A stretch of 64,000 nt of DNA. Origin: Eledone cirrhosa. Its lineage: Eukaryota. The position numbers and the translations under genes are program-made. Positions 55,910 to 64,000 of this stretch are shown here, piece after piece. The notes beneath the pieces are model-generated. The model saw only the letters and a program-made list of their open reading frames with translations, did no database searches and had not been told where the DNA came from. The DNA is taken from contig OZ024745.1 in assembly GCA_964016885.1 (NCBI GenBank), positions 115,444,001 to 115,508,000 of the forward strand, read 5' to 3'. Position 1 is the first letter of the stretch, and each line of letters starts with the position of its first letter.

Positions 55910-56327
55910 TACTCTCGACTCCCAAATAATAGGGGTATGTGAAAAAAGTGGGGTTGGGGTGGATAAGCGGTGGTTGGGAGAGGGATAAGCAGGGTGGGGG
56001 GGTCGGTAATTTTCTAGGTTGTCTCCCTTGATTTTCTACAAACCAGAAATAGTCGTTTAGTTTACATATTGATACCTCAACCCATTCTATTTATTTTATA
56101 ACATATGGGATTTATAGGGATGTACTTTTTTTTGTCATGTTATGTTTTTTAATTTCCAAAGAAAATTAATTATTGCAGGAATGCTACCACTTAAAATAAA
56201 ATTTCGCTGGATATAGATAAATAAAATTTAATAAGCGGGGATTGGGGGGTGGTCGGAATAAGAGCGGGGTGGTGGAAAAAAAACTGAAAAATTAATAAGC
56301 GGAGGGGTTATTCGAGATATGAGAGTA
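55910..56327. mobile_element. Probable Tc1/mariner-type MITE
   Basis: Imperfect terminal inverted repeats TACTCTC..AATAA / TTATT..GAGAGTA with TA ends. Confidence 0.55.
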
Positions 56328-56960
56328 GGTTGTTGATCAAAGGCATTCCGTGCTGTATATGAGACAACGAAAATGGAAGATAATTTTCTTGTATAAAACG
56401 CCAATTTTCTACACGTAACAGAGTTTTCCAAAGCTGGAATTAAATTCAACAACATTAGCAAGTGAGGAATCACCTATCAGTCTTACAATGCTGCTGTTGC
56501 ATAAGCAGAGGGAATCATGCCACTGTGTGATATAACAAATTACCTTGAAATGTTGACACATTTCAACGCAAATAATAACATGCGAACTATCAACCCCTGG
56601 GTTATTTTTCTGGTATCAGTATTTAATTATGTAACAAACGTACCCCAATTCATTCCATTGAAATAGTTTCAAAGCACCCGAGGCTTAAGATCAGACCAAA
56701 CCGATTAAGGTTTTCTTGTAGCTGGGATGCAATCCATTGATTTCACTTAGGTAATTGTCAGTAGCACCATCTCTGTTCAAAAGTTCTATATATTTTTTAA
56801 ATTCGAAGGAAGGATAAAGCTGATTAAATCAACATCGATACTTGATTGATACTTATTGATCTTGGAAGGATGAAAGGCAAAGTTGGCCAAGATTTTGTGT
56901 CAGAAGGAATTTTTCCGGTCTCATGATTCTGTCAATGCACCCCTCTTAAATATTAGCTGA

Positions 56961-57110
56961 GGAGACTTCTGGCGTCCTTGGCCCCCGGACCACATCCCTA
57001 CTCACTGCTATCAGAGCGGAGTTGGTCGTCCGCCAGTTGGAATGATTGTTCCAGCACGACTCCCTCGTCATCCTCCGGGGCAATGTATTCTTCACCTGTC
57101 GGCCGGGACC
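56961..57110 (+). mobile_element. Degenerate CRE-clade 3' fragment
   Basis: gagacttctggcgtccttggcccc..gttggaatgattgttccagc..tcctccggggcaatg matches other copies. Confidence 0.7.
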
Positions 57111-57191
57111 CAGAGGCGGAGCCTAAGTTAGTTGGAGGTGAAGGATAATCGTTCGGACGTCACACATTTCCTCTTCTCACCCCACTTTCAC

Positions 57192-57385
57192 GAGGGTCGG
57201 ACGCCATGCTTTGCAGTAAAGAGTTACGGCCCTTTATGATCTGAGTTCAAATCCCGCCAAAGTTAACTTTGCCTTTCATCCTTACGGGGTCGATAAAATA
57301 AAGTACCAGTCACGCACTGGGGTCGATTTAATCGACTTTCCCTTCCCCCCAAATTGCTAGCCTTGTGCCTATATAAGTAACCATT
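57192..57385 (+). mobile_element. SINE copy
   Basis: B box and core domain as in other copies. Confidence 0.87.
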
Positions 57386-57594
57386 ATATCTGTTAAACAG
57401 ACTCTCCACTAACTTCTACCCAGAGGAAACTTTACACCTGATGGTGGCTTTATCTAGAGGTGATAATTTCAACGTGAAATTAACTTTTGAATACCATGAA
57501 GTAGCCACGTAAGACGCCATCCAAATATCAAAATCCATTTTACTCATTACTGTTCTATTTCAGCCAATCTTATAATCGTATAGCTATATACATA

Positions 57595-58763
57595 TCTAAT
57601 ATATATTTGTGAAATGGGCGGTGGTTGAAATTCAGATGTGCACGGTTAAATGGTAGTAGACGTGGTCGGACGGACATGAAAATTTACACACCTATGTAAA
57701 AAGTGCCAAGGAAGCAAATAGACGAGGTTTCAAATCTCTAACTTGAAAAATGTGGTCCCTGGGGCCCCAAAACTATCGCGTTCGGTGAGTTATTTCCCCC
57801 TGTTCTAATACTTTTGTCTTATTTACAATTTCATCATCCTTCTACATTTAACGATCATACAGTACCGTTTTATGAAATCGATTCTGCAGTATGGTCACTG
57901 TTTTCCATCAAAAGAAATAAAACCCTTGGCGATACTTGGTTTTAGTGTCCTAAATTATCATCATCGACATTCAATTATTAGCTCCACCCATTACACGAAA
58001 CGTCACGAAAGTAAATGTTTCGAAAAAATTTTAAACTGTATATCGCAACAATATATTGTTTAAAGAAATTTTTTTTCTGTTGTTAAAAACTGTAAATCTG
58101 TTAAAAAAATACGTGACGTATCGTGTGTTAAAAAAAAAAATGTATTTCGCAGCAATTTTTTTTCTGTTAAAAACTGTAAATAAATATTCATGTAAAAATG
58201 AAGCATAGTTTTTCTGTGAAAAACTGTAAATAAATATTTATTTTGTTCAAAAAATAAATCAAAAATCTAATTTTCTCTGTTAATATTTTAATAAATATTT
58301 ATTCTAAAAATTCAATGTTTTTTCGTGTAAAAATGAAGCATGTATGAAAATGAACATGTAAAAATCAAGCCGCAGCAGCAGCTGATGACGTGTCGTGACG
58401 TATCGTGTAGTGGGTGGAGCTTATAATTGAATGTCGATGATAATTTAGGACACTAAAACCAAGTATCGCCAAACCCTTAAATTGCGAAGAAGGGACGCGT
58501 GTTTTTTTATTTCTAATACATGTTAACCACCACTAACAGTAAGTAGTATTTTTCAAATTGCATATCATCGACATTGCTATTTCGCTGTTAATAAACAACG
58601 CTTTTCACGTCGCTCCACTTCTCATTGTACGCCGTCCAGCCCCAAGTGCATATTTCTATTTTTTTTCCTGAAACTGCTTCTTTATAATAAACTTTCAATA
58701 ATATTTTTCAAATTATTAACTTAATAAAAAGTGGCCCCGAGTGCAACCGGGCTCAGCTGCTAG
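57595..58763 (+). mobile_element. Non-autonomous Helitron
   Basis: A|TCtaatatatatttgtgaaatggg 5' end; 3' hairpin cccg-agtgcaac-cggg followed by CTAG|T. Confidence 0.75.
57927..58471. mobile_element. MITE with about 80-bp TIRs nested in the Helitron
   Basis: TGGCGATACTTGGTTTTAGTGTCC... and ...GGACACTAAAACCAAGTATCGCCA; AACCCT on both sides (57921-57926, 58472-58477). Confidence 0.85.
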
Positions 58764-59409
58764 TTATATATATTTTCGTAGTAGCAGTTAATATAAGGCT
58801 ACAGATTTAATGGTTATCCACCGACTAATTCATGTTTTTAACGGTGCTGCATGCAACCTTTTCTCTTGCCATTAAATAAGCACGAGAGATAAATATACAG
58901 AACAATAAAATTTACTTACTAGAGGCTCATAATTCAGTGCCTTTAACCCTATAACCTTCCATGACATGATATTGGTTATAATTCCCCGGAAATCGATTTA
59001 AGATATAGATACCATCCCTCTCTGTGCTGATCTCTCTCTCTCTCACTCTCTCATTTTTTCTTTACACTTGACGTAAAATGTCCCCATTTTTTTTTATATT
59101 ATCAGGCTTTCTATAATTTATCAAGACAGTCTGTTTCAGCCGATACAAAACTCCATTTATATGTCAGGATTTAGAATAATTTAAAGAGACTTTATAGGTA
59201 AATGGAACATGGGTGGATGAATCGATAGGGTGCAGGTTAATCAGCCGGGTGGTCGACTATGTGTCTCATGTCACAGGCACTCTATTCTATCTGTTTGACC
59301 AAGACATATATCCCTAAATGGCCCAGTTGACTTTGTTATAAGCAGTAACTTCATTGTAAATATTAACGAAGATGATGGGTAGATGATGTATTGGGCTAAA
59401 TTCTTCCCT

Positions 59410-59685
59410 ATCCAGACGTGATAGAAATGAATGTGTATCTCACCCTCTTAAAACTACAGAATGTACAAAAGAGGGAGCAGTTAACACTGAACACTGAAAC
59501 ACAATTACTTCTATAAATAGATAACCAGTTCACAATGTTCATCACAAGTATGAAAATACGCTCTTGACAGGTGCAATGTGTCCGAACACAGAAGAGCCAA
59601 ACTCCCACCGTCATCTCCCCCATCTCTCTGTATAGTGAGCAAATTGGATCCCACGTGCTGGCCATCCCACAGTCCCGGCGGACAG
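59410..59685 (-). mobile_element. CRE-clade LINE 3' UTR fragment
   Basis: Homologous to 6070-6290. Confidence 0.65.
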
Positions 59686-59753
59686 ATGTATATCGAGGGG
59701 GCCATTGAGTTGAAGAGGTCCATGAAGCTACAGGTTATACGGGTGGATGCCTT

Positions 59754-61960
59754 TGTAGCGACCTACATTCTGATGGCTCTTGAATACATTCTCCGTACGT
59801 TATTTGGCTCAGTTCAGCCAATCGCTACCAGCGTAGGGAGATGTATTTCAATTCCTCCGAAAGGGAAAAATTCCCGCTTCTATTCTAAAATTCTCTCTCT
59901 TGCAGCTCGACACCGTGAAGGTAAACATCTCTTGATTTCGTTCCTCAAGCATAGACAATATGTTGCAACAAATATCACTACGGGTCTGGCTAACGCCTCA
60001 GTCAGTTGACCGTACCTCCTTAAACTCTTAATTTGTCTATTCATTTCTCTTGGCATGCCAGCTAAACCTGTGTATTCTGTTTGTAAATAAATTATATATT
60101 ATAAACATTATAAAGTCGTATGATGATATTTTCCACAACATTGCTTTTAACATCTTCAATAGTGACTTCTGTGATACAATACACAAATACACACATACAT
60201 ATATATATCATCTATTAACTTCCTCTAAAGAGACATATTCCTAAATTGGTGACCCCGTCGCGAGAACATTTTCGAACTAAATGTTCCTCTAAAAAAAATA
60301 AGAAGTAGTATTATTTAAAAAGAACAACACCATGTAAAACATTTCTTGTTTATAACAACACAACACGTGGTTTAACTTCAATGAACCCGCCTAAGACAAC
60401 ATTCTTTGAAAAGAAAAAAAATTAGCTGTATTTTAAAAATTATAGCACGAAAACATTTTTCTTTCAATACGGCTTCCTGCAACATCAACAAAAGCAGCAG
60501 CAGCAGCGACAACATTGGTTAACCACTAACCATAAACAACGGAATAACTATGTGGCAGCTTTATAGCCTTACCGATGCAACCACCACACCTTCTGTCTCG
60601 CTACAACGGTGACTCGAGAATTTACAACGACCTTCTCACCACATAATGGCGAATTCGACGCTTACAAATCACATATTTTCACTGCTTCATCACAGTCTTC
60701 TCACCACTATGGCGTCAGACGTCGCGTTCATAATATTGGTGACTCTAGATTTATCTACAACCTTCGACTTCGATGGTCGTTCTGAGCATAACAACCACAA
60801 TCTTGTTACTTTATCCGACTCACTGGGAAAACAACAAATGGAACTGGACCTGTCAGCATTTCCACCATTTCTCCTATGGATTCGCCAGAATTATGGAATT
60901 ACAGCTTCAACTACTACCCACCTACAGATTCAACTTGATTTTTTTTCTTTTCAGAGCAACTTTAGCCATTTTTTCCTGGCTGCCTAGCACTTCCGGCAAT
61001 TCATCTGGGAGGCCGACAATTTCTCGCCTACCCATCATCTTCTTGCCAGCTCTGCTACAACATTTACCATAACAGCTCCATCTACACAGCTCTGGTATAA
61101 CACTTACCATAACAGCTATACAGCTCTGGTAAAGCATGAACAGCCCCATCATTGACAACAGCTACTGGTAAACTACCATAACAGCTTCATCCACAGCTCT
61201 GGTACAACACTTACCATAACGGCTAACATTTAATGCAAGAACAGCAACTTTGCCCATGTCAGACTTAATCCGTTTTCTGTTAGATCCCGGGTGGTCACGC
61301 ATAAATAGCAAAACAGCTAGTCATTTGACACAGCGGATCAACACGGCCCTTAGCGCCTCATTTTTCTTCTTGCATGCATTCTTTTGTTCAATTTTTCCAT
61401 TGATGTGCTCTCTTTCAGCGTTTTTCCTGCTAATTCAATCTTATTTATCGCCTTCTAGGCTAAATGGGGGGTATTGTAGCGACCTACATTCTGATGGCTC
61501 TTGAATAGATTCTCCGTACGTTATTTGGCTCAGTTCAGCCAAGGGAGATGTATTTCAACTTCCGCCGAACAGGAAAAATTCCCGCTTCAATTCGAAAATC
61601 TCTCTCTTGCAGCTCGACTCCGTGAAGTTAAACATCTCTTGATTTCGTTCCTCAAGCATAGACAATATGTAGGAACAAATATCACTACGGGTCTGGCTAA
61701 CGCCTCAGCCAGTTGACCGTACCTCCTGAAACTCTTAATTTGTCTATTCCTTTCTCTTGGCATGCCAGCTAAACCTTTGTATTCTGCTTGTAAATAAATT
61801 ATATATTATAAACATTATAAAGTCGTATGATGATATTTTCCACAACATTGCTTTTAACATCTTCAATGGTGACTTCTGTGATACAATACACAAATACGCA
61901 CATTCTCAACACATACATATATATCATCTATTAACTTCCTCTAAAGAATCTATTTCTAAA
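59754..61960 (+). mobile_element. Non-autonomous (internally deleted) Gypsy-type LTR retroelement
   Basis: LTRs 59754-60245 and 61475-61960; 4-bp TSD CCTT; PBS TGGTGACCCCG at 60247 (tRNA-Trp type); G-run PPT before 3' LTR. Confidence 0.9.
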
Positions 61961-62167
61961 CCTTCATTGAGTTTATTCCTTCATTCTTGGAATTTCTACT
62001 GTTTACTATCTATTGTACCATGAAGCTTTACTGAATATACGACAAAATAGTTGAAACTTTCTTTATTACTATATATAGTATATTTTTACTATAAATTTAA
62101 AGGTAATATCAGGAACAATTATCATTATTATTATCTCCAAAACATATCATTATTAATTTTCTATGAA

Positions 62168-62359
62168 TATAATAATATAATTGTTTCTACTTTTAGCACA
62201 AGGCCAGCAATTACCCAGTGCATTACTGGTACTTTATTTTATCGACCCCAGATGAAAGGCAAAGTTAACCTCGACGGGATTTGAACTCAGATTGGAAAGG
62301 GCCGTAACTATATGCATCAAAGCATGGTGTCCGACCCTCTACCGATACTGCCAATCCAA
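62168..62359 (-). mobile_element. SINE copy, near full length
   Basis: Same family as 1579-1788. Confidence 0.88.
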
Positions 62360-63569
62360 TAATATAATGCTTATAGAATGAAAATATAGGTCAACTGAAC
62401 CACATAATTGTCAGCTCTGGTCATAGACAATCCAACCATAACCACCTTATCTTATATTCAAAATCAATATATTTAGGCTTATCCAATCTATCGTTGTTGT
62501 AAAACAGAGGGGTGTGATTTGCGATAGTTTTAGCTGCTATTCGTAGCAGATCAAATAATTACATAGTGAGCGGGGATTAGCTCTGATTTCGTAGTCTAAA
62601 GTGGATGAGAGATAATAGATCCCTTGAACAGAACACCGGTCTATTGCAAGCTACCAACCCAGATGATTTAGTACCCCTTTCTGACTACAAGGTGAACCAA
62701 CCACGATGTTGGATAAAGTGTTTTGTTCAGAAATATAGTGAAACATCAATAGCAAATTTGAAATTTCGATCTAGACGTGGGTAACGGAATATGTTGTTGC
62801 TTTTTTAGCAGAAAATTTGTATTATGTCATTATAGCAAGAAAGAGAATGTTTAATTAGCAGTGATAGCGGAAAAAGATGCTTTGTTGTATGGCAATGTTA
62901 GCCGAAAAAGAATGTTTTGTAGCAGTAGATGTAACGTTATTGAAGTTAATAATTGTTGAAGGTTGTCACCACGAAAAGAGATGAATCTGTAACATGACTT
63001 GTTGGCAAGTGAGTTAGCGAAGTCAAATATTATACTCACTTGTTGTTGTGGTGATATATTACTACAGTAACGAGTCATTGCATTATCCATGTATCACTTT
63101 ATAGGTAGTTGGAGTGGACAAGCTTTGTCAAAGACACACAAACAGTACTGTGAATAGAATGCAGTTTGACAATCCCTTAGTTAGAAACTACTCATTCCTA
63201 ATGATTCAGCCAGATGAGATATTTAATGAGTTTTTCATTTTTCATTTATTTCTTTAAACATTGACATGTAATTTACACAACCAGACTTAGATATTGACCA
63301 CTGTTCTAGATATGGCTGCTACAGGCTGTTGTTTTGTGGTGGTGATGCAAAGTTATGTGAAATAATTATTAGTGCAATGACAACATGATGTTTATGTTTC
63401 CGTGTAATAGAGTAGTGTAGTATATTAGTGTATTGGAGTAATTTAATAATATATATGTATGCCCTGTAACTTCTAAGGGAGTCATATTTAGATACAGTGT
63501 TTAAATCTGGCGAGGCCCATCTCCTCTCCACGCCTGAATATAGCAGATTTCTTCCAGGGTGACAGTCAG

Positions 63570-63746
63570 GGGGTGAGAAAGAGGTAAAGCAGAATTGACC
63601 CCAGTACTTATCTAGTACTTTTTATCGGCCTCGAATGAAAGGCAAAGTTAACCTTGGCAGAATTTGAACTGAGAGAGCAGAAAGCTGTAAGGAATACCAT
63701 AAAGCATTCTATCTGACATTGTAATTACTCTGCCAATTCGCCACCT
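63570..63746 (-). mobile_element. Degenerate SINE copy
   Basis: atgaaaggcaaagttaaccttggcagaatttgaactgag..ctgccaattcgccacc. Confidence 0.75.
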
Positions 63747-64000
63747 ATAACATATAAGTATAGTCTAGTCTAAAATAGCCTGATTCCAATATAGAAAGTG
63801 TTAAGCTCTCAACAAGCTGAAATAGATTCTCATTTAAAGCTACTTCACCTATGCTACTGGGACCCTGGGAAAGTGGTTCCTAAAATAATGGATCTTTCTA
63901 TCCAGTTCATAGTTTCAGTTTATTTTATGCGCATGTTAATTTCTACCTCAAAGTCATAACTTATTCAAATGCCATTTCCATACTAACCTTTGTTTATTGC

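Overview
Repeat-dense, AT-rich metazoan genomic DNA. The SINE family and the extreme microsatellite density suggest a cephalopod (Octopus-like); that is an inference. The only host coding sequence I can support is the terminal C2B-domain exon of a synaptotagmin-family gene (2695-2999, +). The rest is a mosaic of mobile elements: two Penelope-like (PLE) retroelements with RT and GIY-YIG domains, L1/Tx1 fragments, a near full-length R4/Dong-type LINE, several CRE-type LINE 3' ends, an Ingi/Vingi-like fragment, a small non-autonomous Gypsy-type LTR element, Helitrons, mariner remnants, MITEs, many copies of a tRNA-derived SINE, and mini/microsatellites. Most ORFs in the supplied track are repeat artefacts. 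The most striking pattern is a set of about a dozen short cassettes inserted in (TA)n arrays. Most carry a type-I hammerhead-ribozyme (HHR) motif with a tiny, often palindromic stem III, and many are folded back as long inverted repeats. The HHRs include minimal, long-stem-II, U3-A8 and non-canonical-core variants. Two of them sit at the 3' ends of coding PLEs, which identifies the cassettes as PLE pseudo-LTR derivatives. All structures were read by eye; none was folded computationally or tested.
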